Shown piece by piece: positions 14,286 through 28,100 of a stretch of DNA of 64,000 nt (its first letter is position 1; every line of letters begins with the position of its first letter). The DNA is from Tubiluchus corallicola (Eukaryota; Animalia; Priapulida): NCBI GenBank assembly GCA_030141605.1, contig JAQGDQ010000010.1, positions 434,001 to 498,000 of the forward strand, written 5' to 3'. The notes beneath the pieces were generated by a model. The model saw only the letters and a program-made list of their open reading frames with translations. It had not been told where the DNA came from and did no database searches. Both the position numbers and the translations under genes were made by a program.

Positions 14286-14475
14286 AGAGATGTCGCAGTG
14301 AGAATAATAGAGAGAGAATGTTATAGGGAGAGAAAGGAAGAATGAAATAGAGAGGGGATAAAGAGGAGAGGAGAGAAGAGAGAGAAGCAGACAGAGAGTG
14401 AGAGAGGGAGAGAGGAATGGATGAATAGATGGATAGATTAATAAATAGATAGAGAGAATAAATAAATAAATAAGT
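14202..14475. repeat. (TA)n/(AG)n and degenerate purine-rich microsatellite
   Basis: Direct reading. Confidence 0.9.
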
Positions 14476-15300
14476 AAATCTTTTATTTTACATTATGCTT
14501 ACATATCGTAAATCCTCCTAATTGCAGGGTAATCTGACAAAACTAAATCACCAGCTGTAAAAACTTTACAAACAATGACAAAAAGTATCACATGGCGCAA
14601 ACGTGTGTATTAAGAAAATTATTGATAAAATGGAGTTCATGTAATTAGTTAGGAATATGAGGGAGTATTTACAAGGGGGATGGTAATTTTTTGAAAGACA
14701 GCTTTAACACTGGTGTACAACCACATTAAATGTTTGTGAAACAACACTTAAACTACTGTTGATTTATTTACTAAACAAAACGCATAAATTATACCGACTA
14801 TAATGGCTTTACACTCAACATCGTAACATCAATATATCATTAGTAGACAATCACGTTTTTAATACCTAACTCATTTTTAACAAATATATTAAAGGCATTT
14901 TTGTCTCTAAAACGACAAAATGTCTTTTTAAGTCCGTGCTTGGAATTGCAGCCTGCATGCGTGTTTGTAGATCAATTCGCAGAAGAGGGCAACTGAACAC
15001 TAAATGATTGGGTGTTTGATCGTCTCTATCACACTCGCATCTGCTGGTATCATATAATCCGGCAACGTAGAAAAACGTCCTTGCAGGTTCTTCCCAGTAA
15101 CAGGTTCAACGCCGCGATTTCGGTTTTTCTATCGAATCTCTCCGTTGGCAGCTTGAAAGGGTACAGAAATATTTGTGCTCCATCGCCAGGTAATCCTGCT
15201 AGCTGGTTAATATACTGGATCTTTCTAGATCACACCCTAGTCTAGAACAACTTGATTTCATTTTCTTTAAACATTAACAGTTCTCGTGAAAGATCGCTTA

Positions 15301-15714
15301 AGCTAATGATACACGACCGACAAAATACACAAGCCGGTCGACGTCGGCCGTGTTAACATGGCCGCCGAAATTAGACTACATTAATTTCAAATGAAAGATG
15401 ATACACAATTTATCGAAGTGGTCGTGAAGACAACGGCCGCCCTAAAATAGAAATGAGTTCTATTTTGTACGGCGTGCGCCGGCCGGCCAAAGAGTTTCAT
15501 CCAATCCGAGATCCGTATTTTAGCATTGTTTTTTACTTTTCCCGCAACTTGTACTGGGACACGATACATATTATTAAAAACACAGAAGCGAAGAATATGG
15601 AACATTTTGAATTTATAATGAACTCTTACTTTTATCACGTTTTTTTAAATATATAGCTACAGCGTAACAAAACAAACATACATTTGTATAAGCAACGGCC
15701 GTGTATCATAGGCT
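15301..15714. mobile_element. PIF/Harbinger-type MITE, 414 bp
   Basis: 19-bp imperfect TIRs AGCTAATGATACACGACCG and CGGCCGTGTATCATAGGCT (3 mismatches), flanked by TTA on both sides (15298-15300 and 15715-15717), the TWA target duplication typical of Harbinger. Confidence 0.85.
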
Positions 15715-15719
15715 TTAGG

Positions 15720-16435
15720 TTATCGTTATAACGCACCACAATGTCCATTGTTATGTTCAAAAATTTGTTGACATATGTGAGACTAAAAAATGCTTTGACA
15801 GAATCTGGCTAATTGTAACTTGATCAAAAAATTCTAATTCTTTCTTTATACCGTCATCTACTAGCTTCATGGGGGCTTGCAATGTAAACTTCACCACTTT
15901 GTTAAGGTGCGTATGTGTAATGGTAATAATCCACAGATTTTTTCTGCGACATCCTTAGCAGGGTTATAGCCGACACCAACAGCTGTTTTGCCAACATCGT
16001 ATCACAAATCGTCAACTTGCTCACATTTGCCATCAAACCAGGCACTAGAAGCGTATAAAATCACTGGAGCTACCAACGTCTGAAACAAGTTGATGATTGT
16101 CGCCCTCTGCATACCTTTATGCCTGGAGCATAACTGTTCTATTTTAGTACATTTTCCCCAGGCTCTTTTACGAACTGAATTGATGTGGGATCTCAAACTC
16201 GGTTTGTTGTCAACAATGACGCCCAAAGTTTTACTTTCCTCTACATAGGCGATTCTTCTATCACCAAACTGCAAGTTTGGAGGAGAAGGTTCCATGTTTG
16301 CTTTGCTTGCATATATGATGGATTCGGTTTTGTTTAGCCCACAATTGAAGCTTAGCCGCCATCGTTTGTTCCAGCGGTGGACTATATCACAGCAACGTTG
16401 GGATGTCAGATAACTTTCGTAGACTGAGTCAGAGA
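15720..16435 (-). mobile_element. LINE RT C-terminal (thumb) fragment, I/Jockey-like
   Basis: RWNKRWRLSFNCGLNKTESI, then ORF 16002-16295 with KTLGVIVDNKPSLRSHINSVRKRAWGK...IINLFQTLVAPVILYASSAW, typical post-YADD LINE motifs. Confidence 0.85.
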
Positions 16436-16439
16436 GAAA

Positions 16440-16953
16440 CTTGCATTACCTAGCGTTACGCTTACCTATTAGAAAGAGTTATGTAACTGAAAAAGAAAAT
16501 TCTTAATAATTTAATTTTTTCACCAAGTGATAAAACGTCACTACCCCAGTGGGAACCTGTCTCACCAAAAACACATTATTAGTCTTTTGAAAGATAATGC
16601 AATTTAAAGTAATTTATATATTTGCTTAGTTCATAAAGTTTGCGCTGCGAGTACCTTGGCTGTTATTTTTTTAACTTTACGCATTGCTTTCTGAACTTGC
16701 TCCATTTCTTACTGGACGATTGGCCGTTGTAAATGCGCGCGCCTGTCATCGCGGTAGTTAAAATTTACAACTTTTATACCGCGTTAATGCTAATACAAAC
16801 TCTGCCTACAATAGGCCTCCGTGTTAGTGATACAAAATCTCGAGAGAAATTTTTTAAGATTTATATATGAATTCTTTTTCCATGACTTTCATAATGGATT
16901 TTCAAGACTGTAAAATTTAATGTTTTAGAGATTAAAGACCATTGTCCTTTAAC
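16440..16953. mobile_element. Kolobok-like MITE with the left end missing; same family as 24633-25188
   Basis: Ends ATTGTCCT|TTAA. Colinear similarity with 24690-25190 (CTCACCAAAAA, AAAGTAATTTA, TTGCTTAGTT, TTTTATAC.GCGTTA.TGCTAA, GACTGTAAAAT). Confidence 0.65.
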
Positions 16954-17239
16954 TACACAAAACTTGAGCCTGCCTTAAAACGACTTGGCACTGTAAGCCA
17001 CTACATCACGTTAGTTCAGTAAAGTACTTGGCGTCAATTTCATCTGTCTTTGTGCGTTTTGACAAAGTTGAACAAGCAAACATGCCTCTGGTAATAAATT
17101 TTATGCCGTGCACATGTAGGATGTCTATTATTTGGTATAGCACGGGAAAGGCTCAGTGAATTTTTTTAATTGATGCAACTTATTCAAAAACGTCAGCACC
17201 TTGTGGTGCTTAGGATCCATTTGTGTTTATTTAACATGG

Positions 17240-18093
17240 TTGCACTTTACTTCAAAACGTTAAATATGAAAACTTTAGAAAACTAAATACGATGCAAAAC
17301 TACGCACTTAGATTAATTCATGGCTACTCTAACAAAACTGCTAAACAACATGCTGCTTCTGCAACAAGCTTAAGAACGTCCACAAAAATACCAATATTAG
17401 AAGCCTATCGAGATTACAAAACACTGATATTTCTTTATAAATATATAAATAAACTGAGCATTCCATTTATAAACAATCCCTTAGCATTTATTCCTGATAC
17501 CTCATTGAACACTAGAACATACAATTTAAAGCAAATTACAGTAAACAATAAATTTGGAAATAACTCTATATCAAAACAGGCCATACATTTATGGAACTTA
17601 CTACCCAGTGAAATAAAACAAATAGAATCTCTCCACCACTTTAAAAAGAAATTAAAAGAATATCAATATAACAGGTTTCAACTTCCACATTGTGCATCTG
17701 ATACTAATTACACGGACTCCACTTTCATATACCCCCGCCCCTGACTCCATATAATGATTAAAAATGAAATTTTTTAAAAAAAATTATGTAATGTAATACG
17801 TGTTATGTTAGTTTCGTGTTTCGTAATGTTAAATGTATAAATAGTGTGCACTATGTAATGTAAAATTTAATGTACTTTCCTATAATTGTCTGTGAAAATA
17901 TTTTAATATGGTATTTGTAAATATGTTCATTATATTGTATATAGTTTGCACTTTAGTTTTTTTAGTATGCACTGGACGCATTTGTCTTGAACAGTGTTGT
18001 TATTTTAACATTACGCTGAGGCTAACTCAATTTTATTATAATGAGGGAACCGTTTTTATGACAGATAAAGAATTAATATATATATATATATAA
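17240..18093 (+). mobile_element. 5'-truncated LINE (CR1/L2/Crack-like): ORF2 C-terminus, 3' UTR and (TA)n tail
   Basis: ORF 17292-17744: QNYALRLI...LIFLYKYIN...NTR...FGNNSISKQAIHLWNLLPSEIKQIESLHHFKKKLK, the standard CR1/L2-group terminus. Confidence 0.9.
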
Positions 18094-18149
18094 GAACCAC
18101 TGCACTTACACTTCATAAGAATGTAATTGGTTCTGATAAAATAAAAAAC

Positions 18150-18545
18150 AACAACAACAAAAGCAAGGCAGTGAACAGATATCCGTTTTTTGGCAGAATA
18201 CCAAGAAGCAATAAATAGCTTCTGTGCACATTGCGACTTTTTATTCTGACTGGTTCAAGTATTTGCAAACCGTTTCACTACTATGTTCGAACATCGCTAC
18301 TGGAAGATTTGAAGAGCTCTTCCAAAATAAAATATATCGAACAATATTCCAAGATATCAAGCCACAAACTGAAATTTGCATACACCATTCATGAAGTTGT
18401 GGAGCTATATATGCAGGTATATAGCTTTTTTTTGCAACATTCAACAGCTCATAATCAGAATGAGGAAAAGACTGAAAGTTGCAGACAGTATAAGCAACGC
18501 AACAAGTTACGCACCACTGAGAGTTGCGTTCCAACAATTTAGACC
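18150..18545 (+). pseudogene. Possible second, more decayed THAP remnant
   Basis: TGSSICKPFHYYVR (cf. xxICxxHF) and KLRTTESCVPTI* (cf. LxxxAVPTI). No N-terminal Cys pair is evident. Confidence 0.3.
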
Positions 18546-19104
18546 TAAAACTTTATTTTAGTCTCGTTTGCAAAAAAATAAACATCTTAATTCATGTGTG
18601 GAAGTGCAGTTTGAAATCAAAACAGCCAAATCTTGTCGTTTCTGCCGCTGTTGATTGAAATAACAAACACAGGATGTAGGCGTATAATTATACTGCAAAT
18701 CCTGCCTGGTTGGCACCTAATTACATGGTAATCAGTTCCAATTTAACAAGCAATATTTTGTGAGAACATTTCAAATGAAGACTCAAATTTACTACGATTA
18801 CGATTTCAATAATAAAACTTTTAGTAGTGATTTCACAAAAAATATAGTTTTCGGAATTTTGGCCACCTAGGCATGCTATTAGGGAAGTTTTGCACGACTG
18901 GAAAATAACAGAAATTACTTTATATAGCCATAAATTTGCTGAACTGATAATAAAGATTAAGTATTAAGTGTGTGAAGTTTTCTGATTTCACCTTGTAATC
19001 ATGCTTCTGATTTCGTTACATGTACAAGTAAAATACACAATTACATGTAAATTTCCATTTCTTGTCATTTGCTAATTAGAGTATAAAAAGTAATGCTGAA
19101 GGTT

Positions 19105-19216
<112 letters not shown>

Positions 19217-19659
19217 TTGCGTGTTTTTGATGAAAATACATTTATTACGCTTTATTGAAACTATACCGAGAAGATTAAATGGAAGGTATATAGTTGACAT
19301 GCTATACCAGCACGCCACTGTTTCAACATGAAGCCTCTTAATGGCAGTTATGGCCCCCGGCTTAATTACAGAATTACATTTTTGGCAAAGCTTTCATGCA
19401 ATTAGTGCCCTATTAACTGAGCGTATCATTATTTCCGATTGTGCGTCAGAGTACTATAATGTAGCCTTATCAACAAACATGTAACCTACGTTAATGTTAG
19501 CATCAGGCTTGCTCTTTTCCATGATTGTGGTTTATTAGCTGTAGTTCCCTGCGACAATGAGAGAGGTTATTAATTCTACTCATTAGCAAGATGCTTTGAT
19601 CCATGTTCAAAAAAGGCTACCTTACTGTACAGATGATTTAGTAAAAAAAGTGCTGTATA

Positions 19660-20420
19660 ATAATAATTAATAATAATCTTCCCATATGGCTCGTCGGCTT
19701 TACAGAGTTAAAAATACAATAAGATGACAGAATTAAATGTACACTATACATATTAAAATTTATCAAATTATGTCAGGTGACTAATATTTACAGAAACAAC
19801 TAAAATTTAAGGATTACGAGTTACTAAACCCGCGCGAATATAAAAGTGCTTTGATTTGGGATTTAAAAGAAGGAAGAGATGGAAGAAGAGACGAAAAGAC
19901 GGCAGGAGGTGTTTTAACATGAAGGCGCAGCTGGTTCCAAAGATGCAGGGCAGCAGAAGCAAATGACAGACTACCACCAGTGGCAAGACTAATCCATGTC
20001 ACCTTCAAATTGTATATATTACTCGATCTCAAATGACTATTAGGCATATACCATGAAACAAACTATGTTAAGTAATTTGGGGCAGACTCACTCAGCGTTT
20101 GTACACAAGCAACAAGATTTTAAATTCTGTTCAGAAGTGGACAGGCAGCCAGTGCAACTGAGTCAAAACTGCAGTTATGTGATCAATTTTTTTTTGTCTG
20201 AGAGATCAACCGCGCCTCAGCAATTTGAACCCGTTGCAATATCTGTAAACGACAATCTGATGCACCAAGAAGAAGATAGTTGCAATATAACAAGAAAGTT
20301 GCTGTATAACAAGAAACTGTTAAAAATCTTTTGCGCTCATTGCGCTCAAAATCATTAATCTTGATATTCTCCTTTTTTTTGCGAATTAATATGAGTAACA
20401 TGTCGTCTTGGACACCTATC
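19660..20420 (-). mobile_element. L2-clade LINE 3' fragment
   Basis: Minus: YCNYLLLG...LQRVQIAEARLISQTKK..HITAVL.QLHWLPVHF...FKILLLVYK...HLRSS...GGSLSFASAALHLWNQL...SFKSQIKALLY, diagnostic of the L2 ORF2 end. Confidence 0.92.
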
Positions 20421-21007
20421 TAACACGCTGTGTGAAAGATAATGTAATTTGGATCAGGGTAGTTTTATTCTGCTGCAAATTGGAAAAATTCACACTTTTC
20501 CTACAGTACATCGAACACGTTTTACAGTTCGATGTACTGTAACTACAGTATTTTTTGGATCACGCAAAGTTTTGGCACTTTTTGCCAATGTATCAGATAT
20601 AATTTCTTTATCTCCAAGTTTTTATGTAATTAACTGAAAAATGTATTAATTAGTGATCGATTGTTTCCGAACAAAAGTTTTGTGTGTTGCTTTATCCTCG
20701 TATTAACAGGTACAATTGCTTTTACATCACAAAAACTTTCAAACTTTGGCGAGAAGCTAGACTTCCAAAATGTTGTTTTTCTATAGAAGTGCTAACTCAT
20801 TATTCAGTTTCGTCTGTCAAATTTTGATATGAAACAAAATTGTAAATGTGTCATTGACCATCAAGTTTTATTGATAAATATTCCCATTTTTTTGCGAAGC
20901 AATTATAATGTGCATTAAGAATACTAAAAATACTAAAAGTTTTGAAAATAGTTGGATAAATGAATGCATATGTGTTTGGCTTGGATGCTCCATACAAAAT
21001 CGCTGTC

Positions 21008-21055
21008 AACTAGAATGTCACTCAATAGAGCCCTGACCTTCTCCAAGGCTTGCGG
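21008..21055 (+). mobile_element. Terminus of a Helentron/DINE-like non-autonomous element
   Basis: AACTAGAATGTCACTCAATAGAGCCCTGACCTTCTCCAAGGC resembles (from recall) the ACTAGAA.G.CACTCAGTAGAGCGCATACCTCCGCCAAGGC terminus of a widespread animal non-autonomous repeat. Confidence 0.45.
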
Positions 21056-21099
21056 AGTATTATTATTTTACAAGGCAAATCCCGCAAAAGAATTTTGTA

Positions 21100-21395
21100 C
21101 ATAAACCCACAACAACAATCCACACATCACTCACACCACACAACCCTCACTAACACGCCACATCACGCAAACCCTGCGCCACCCATGCACACCACATCGA
21201 CTACACCGCCAGCAGCACTGGTCACACCATAGCAGCAACAGTAACAGCAACAATAGCAGCAATAGCAGCAGCAGTAGCAACAACAACAATAACCACAACC
21301 AATTGTTAATCGATCGTTGCTAAAAATTAAAAGCGATCTCAGTCTTCATCCCTCTAGAAAATATCGTGGAAATTGCGACGACGACGACGACGACG
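21100..21395. repeat. A/C-rich low-complexity tract, (CAG/CAA)n and (GAC)n
   Basis: Direct reading. Confidence 0.85.
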
Positions 21396-22632
21396 TCAAA
21401 CGGGGCGACTCAATGAACAATCAGCGAACAAGAGTAATACGAAGCTAACGAACTTGACAACAAAGTAGTCAAAACCTAATCAAATAATCAATTATGACTA
21501 GAAGCCAACTAACGCAATAATGTAAAACAAAGAGAGGCAGTCACTCGTCTGTCTGCGACGCAGCCCACTCAGTTGATCGCGGGGGTGACGAGAATGACGA
21601 GATGTCTGAATTCATGGCGTGCAACTACTTCTCTTAGTCGTACGTGACACTTGTCGTTTTTATAAAAAAGTTGAAGATTTGGTTTTTGAAGATTTAGCAT
21701 TTGAACAGCTTTTGATATTTGGTTGTTTTCTAAATTAAATTTAAGTATTAATACAACCAAACTGTGACTTCTTCTTGACTAGTTTTTTAACTTTTAATCG
21801 CCTTCCATTTTCAAAAGTTGCAAGTTTCTAATTTGTGTGACGTGAGTTAAATATAAATTAAATGCTGGCACTTTGATTTCCGTTGTTATAGTACTTTTCT
21901 AGCTATGTGCTGCAGCAGCGTATCTACCAAAAAAACTTGCAAAGTTAAGTAACTTCTAGTTGCAAAGCATATTCATTTTATTAATCTGTAACATCGCTCA
22001 GATCTCAATTTTTTCTCAACAAAAGGTGTAAAATAGGTCAAACACGTTAGCTATTTTTCCTGAACACTTGCAAACAAATTTTAAAAAGTTTTTAGATGTA
22101 GAACAAAAACTTGTTTGCTTTTCGGCACGTGACTTTGAAGGTCATCTCCTCATGTTTTGATGTGCGGTGTGCCGAGATGATGAACTTCAGCAGCAAAGTA
22201 CTAATTTGTTGCTCCAGTACATATATCAAAACAATTTTTTGACTGTGCTAGGAGCTGGCCCATAGCTATGAGCGAAAGAGTAATCTAGGAAAAACGTTTG
22301 CTTTCAGAAAAGCAATTTAACTAACAGTATTTACAGAAATGCAATCAGTGCAATAGATAAATTCGTGGGTAAAAAGAATAGACTAAGGGAGAATTCTTCC
22401 CTGTTTCACGGAACCCAGTTCCCCATTCCAGCTTCTCAATTAGCTGCTACTATTAAAATTGCAATACTGAAATTGGTGAGTTGTTAAAAGTGCTTTTGCG
22501 AACGCTATTTTAACGTTTGCAGCATTTGCCCCTGCCGACAAAAGGTCGCATTATTTGACGACAAGGCATTGCATTATCACAAGTTAATAAAGGAATGCTT
22601 AAAAACATTCAGTCTACAAAATCTCTTATATA

Positions 22633-22841
22633 GTTTGTGTTTTTTTTTTGTGTGTGGGTGGTGTTGGGGGTTTGGGTTTGTTTGGTTTTGTTTTGTGTGT
22701 GTGTTTGTGGGTGTGTGGGGTTTTTGTTTGGGTTTTGTTTTTGTGTTTTTTGTTGTTGGTGGTTGTTGTGTTTTGGGTTTTTGTTTGGTTTGTGGGGTGT
22801 TTTTGGGGTTGTTTGTTTGGTGTTTTGTTTTTTTTGTTTGT
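22633..22841. repeat. Aperiodic tract made only of G and T (209 bp)
   Basis: No A or C on the + strand across the interval. It produces four spurious ORFs. Confidence 0.95.
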
Positions 22842-23713
22842 AATTGTGGCCTTTGACTGAGCTTCTGAGATGATGAGCTGGAGCGTATATAAAAAAGTCA
22901 TCGTTCTTTGGGTATTAGAAATTTTAAGCAACATGTTGAGGCAGAAGATCAGCTTTCTGACTTCAAAACTCAAGAGACTGTATTGAATAGCTGTAAGTGT
23001 AATCTATCGGTATACGTTTGTATTGTATGCTGCAATGGGCGCAAACCTTCTAGTAAAGTGAACTTGCGCTCTTTCTGGACATATTATTAGCATTTCTGGC
23101 AGTGATAATGATGATATTAGACGACAGAAATTCTTATAAGAAATTTTTGTCACTGTAGTTTAGAAGTCGGAACTTTGCTCTTTAATACAAATGTTTATGG
23201 GGCGTTAATGAATTTAAAGTCACATATAACAAATGTATAAGGAAATTGTTTTCTCTTCGTTATACAAGTTTCTCAGTGCAAGGGAAATGACAATAAATCT
23301 TGCTATCCCTTATTTTGATGTTCACTTTCACTTTCCTTAAAATCGTGCCTTGAAATGTGCGAGAATACCTATCTGAGATACTTCAGGCTGTCTGATGTGT
23401 ATCGTACCTCTAAACTTTACAGCAGATGAAGACACATATTATATGTATAATTCTTGTATATCAGAACTCCCTCAGATGCACTTAAATGTGTTATACTTCA
23501 TCTATGTACATAATTTTTTAAATTTATTAATTAGTTTCGTCTACTCGCTCTCATTTATATTTCATCATTTGTCATTTACTGTGTGCAGATAACTGTTTAG
23601 ACGCTTTTATGTTATACCTCAAGTAAAACTGAAATTGAAAATGAAAATTCAAGCAAACCAATTGTGGTTTTCAAGTGGTGCTTCCAAACCTGTGTAGTTT
23701 ATACATTACTCAA

Positions 23714-24120
<407 letters not shown>

Positions 24121-24632
24121 ATTTCTATATTGAACGAAAAGCTACGCATTCAAAATTTGATAGTATAACAAGTGTCTGCTGTGAGCAGTAGTACTATCAT
24201 ATATAGTGTTATCACATAATAAAATGACTTTACAATTAAAAACATAAATGAAGCTGTAATTAATAACATAAATACATAAAACTTTACATTAAATTCACAT
24301 TAAGCATGTGCAAACATATTGCAGTTGTGTATTTAGGACTTGAATCTCATGATCGCATGAGATACGCGTTATAAGTTCAGTCACGTTTGAAGTGTCAATC
24401 AGTGCCAAGCGGAGGTCAGCACTTGTATACAGTTTGCAACTCTTGATTATTCTCTCGAGTTTACAGTCTTGGCGGAAAATTTCAGAAACAGTAACTGTTA
24501 CTTAATTTGTTGACAGTGGGAGAGGATTTTCAACGTAAAGAACGCATCCATCAATTTTTCAGTCTTCAAATAGACGTAGTTTGTTCTTGTAATGGGAGTC
24601 GCATAATAGAAATCCCATTTTGGCCAATAATT

Positions 24633-25188
24633 TTAAAGGGGAAGAAAAGGCTATTTTAAGTGTGTTCCAAAAAACTACCCACACAAAGTTGTAATACTTT
24701 GCACTGCGCTTACTTGTTTGAAAGGTACTTACGTAATTAGAAAAGAGAATTCTCAATAATTTAAAATATTTGCGCCACCTGGTAAAACGCCACTGTTTCA
24801 CTGTTCCACTGTGCACTTACTCACCAAAAAACACTATTGATGTTATTGACAATATAAAGTAATTTAAACTCTTGCTTAGTTTAGAGTTAGCCAAAAAGAG
24901 CGGCTCTGATTATATTTTCAAACTTTACTCAATGTTATCTAAACTTATTCCAAACGACTTATCCTCATAATGGCTCCACCTAACGGTCATCGAGAGAGTT
25001 TAAATTTAGAAGTTTTATACGGCGTTACTGCTAACGCAAGCTCTGTATGCAATAAGAGTGGCATATAAGTGGTATAAAATTTCAAGGCGAATGTTTAAGC
25101 TTTATTTATGAAGAGTGTTTTCTTGTGCTTTAAGTTGGCTTGACTGTAAAATCACTTTCAAAATACGAAGCGCTGTACACTTACCCCT
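24633..25188. mobile_element. Kolobok-like MITE
   Basis: TTAA|AGGGGAAGA ... ACTTACCCCT imperfect TIR (right TTAA not preserved). Body is similar to 16440-16953. Confidence 0.65.
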
Positions 25189-28100
25189 GAGACGGCTTGC
25201 TCACACAGTTTTGCTGAAAGTTCTTTTTGGTTTACGACTAAATCATTGCTTACCATTTAAGCATGGAATACTTATACACAATGTACTACCTACGGGTCTC
25301 ATATTCAGTTTTAATTATATTCATTTATTTCGCAAGATAAACAAATACTTTTACATCACAAGTATATAAAATCAAATTGGGATTTTTACAACAAAGTTCA
25401 GGTACCATTATTAGTAAAAAATATTAACAACATGTTACTGATAGTTAGAAAGAGTTACAATGTGTGCTAGTAAATTTCATTATTATTAATTTCATCATTA
25501 TTATTATTGTTTCGTAATTATCTTACCATTGCGTGGGCAAATTTAATAGATTACTTGACCCTGCTAATTACGTAAACTTTTTAATAAGCTGCTTAAATTT
25601 TATTAAGCTCTGATTAAAGGTGCTGAAGTGGAGGGAAGCTGGCCTTATTAATAGAACTAATTGCTTGATGAGTTCATGTGATTAACGATCTTCTAGTAAA
25701 AATTCGAAACAACGCTTTGATAAGCCATAATTGTTATCAGGATGATTTCGACATTCAGTATTTAGTTTTTTCAATCATAACCATATGAAATTTTAACTAT
25801 AATTTAAAACTATAATTTTAAAGTATAATTAAGTGTCCTATCGATATTTACCAATCGCAATAGTTTAGTGTCATAACGAAAAAAACTGTGAAAACGTCAT
25901 TGTTTTGATAATCATTAAACTTTTTCCCTGAACTTGAACTTGACAACCACGATTGTTCATTAACGCAGTGGAATTTCTGTAATAAAGCTGAAGCAATACT
26001 ATAAGAGCCTCCTTAATTACTCACGGCTCGACTAAGTTTTAAGAAGCAGATCTTTTTGTTTCCTGAACCGCATGTTTAGTTTCTTGACATTTATCTAATT
26101 GACTAACTTGTTGCGTTTCTAATTTTAAAGTGTAAATTATTTTAATACTCGGGGAAGACATCTGCAATTAGATGTGCCAAATAAACTTCATGTTCTACAT
26201 AATTCTGTTTGTAAGTTGTTGGGACGCTACCGGGCTTATGTTTCTTTTCTCCTTCTTCACGTCATACATGTTCATCAATTTTTTATCATTTTCGGGTGTG
26301 TTTAACTGAAGTAACAGCTATTAGCTTAATTAGTGGTTTCGCTAGCAGTTCAGTAGAAAATGAAACCATTTCACAATTGACTGAACAGCCAAATCCCGTT
26401 ATTATCGTTAGGCCTAAACCTTTAGCTTTAATTTACCACGCTTCATAAGCTTTTAGATAATAATGTTCGACTGATTGATTACCAGAATATTCCGTAATCA
26501 AAGGGTGCTTAGACCGCAGTCCTAGTTGACATTGCGAACGGCAAGTTGCCACAGTTGATAAGTTCCATTAGCAAGGTCGAAGACTAACAAATTGTAGCAT
26601 TCAGGGATTGCGCGTGATTTGTACATTGCGAAAGTGCGCACTGCCAGCTGTGTGCATGTAGAATAGTTTAGGGCTGTCCGCCAAAAATACGCTAAATTTA
26701 TACACTTTCAAAGTTAAATTTAAACAACTATTTTTTAGAAGTATTAATAGCGTCTATAACCAACTGTTTTGTAACTTCAAAAATAAATTTGTAGTATAAT
26801 TTGTAAGTTTATATACTGCAGATCCATGACGTGAGTAGTTATAAATCTTGTTTACCGAAACATCAAAGTTAATTGCTTTTGCTACTTATAATTACGTGGA
26901 AGGTAATAGTGTTCTTTTCCTAGAATTTCTCGGGTTAATTTAATCTCAGTTTATATGCTGTTGGAAAACGATACGATCATTATTATATCCGATACTTTAA
27001 TTGGTAAATTTCTCAGCCACAAAGGTAGTGCAAAAGCCGAAAAATCTCAGCGAAATAAAGCTATTTTGCCAGGGTGTTTAGTCGCGTCAGAAATTGGATC
27101 ATACGTACTAGTAAGCGTATTGAAAGAAATCCGATTTTGGCGATGTGAACAATTTTGCGTTGACGTTCACCTTGTTAGACTGTAATCATTGACGCTGTTG
27201 CTGGATTTTAGCAAAAGAACTTTCAGCTTATCCACGCAACTAACACACAAACTTTACAAATTTAAACTGTAGAAGTAGTTTTGAATGGGTTTGCCAGATT
27301 AAAACAGCCCTGTTTGCGACAGTTTTCTTATTATACTTGGCTGGTGGCAAGAAAGTTGCAATTTGGATCTCATTTATTGCTTTTTGAAGAATGCAACACG
27401 TGACATCATTAGAGATTTCATTTACAAGGAAATTTTCGTGGTTGCATGCGATTTCTGCGGAACAACTGAGATTTGTAAATCAAAGGTTTTGCCGTTTTTG
27501 AATGAAGTGATCGAGTAACACTTTCTTATTAAATTTATGCCCTAACCGTAGAACTTGGTTGAGTAAACATGCACGTACCACGTAGCGAAAATAAGACAAT
27601 GTCACATAAGGAACAACCACATGGAGTGTGTGTGCTATCTGGCTGTCAGAAATTTTGGCCATTTTGGCATCAGTTTTGAGTTCCTTGTAGACAATTATGT
27701 AGCTACAAAACTTGACTGTCGCTCATCATTTTTGAAATATGTCGGCATGCAATCGTATTTTTTGAGGAAAGGAATCATAACTTCTGCTTGATGTTATCAA
27801 TAATAAGTAAAATAATGTATCATATCATCGCTAAAAACATGTGTTGGCCTAGAAAATTTATGTTTGTCAAATTTGCATTTTCGCAAGTCAAATTTTATTA
27901 AATATAATACGTATAATCATAGATGTTTTCGGTCAGAAACTTCATTTCTGTAGCATTTAATAGGTATTATTAATAATGAACATGGCTTTGCCTTCGTTTG
28001 ACGACCATTTGAATTGTGAATTTTCTATTAAACTTGGCTTCATAATCATCCATGCATACAGTTAATCAACATGGGTATTGATTAGCTATCTTTACTAATT

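Noticed and set aside
22569-22973. Hydrophobic 'membrane protein' ORFs
   Set aside because: Produced by the G/T-only tract.
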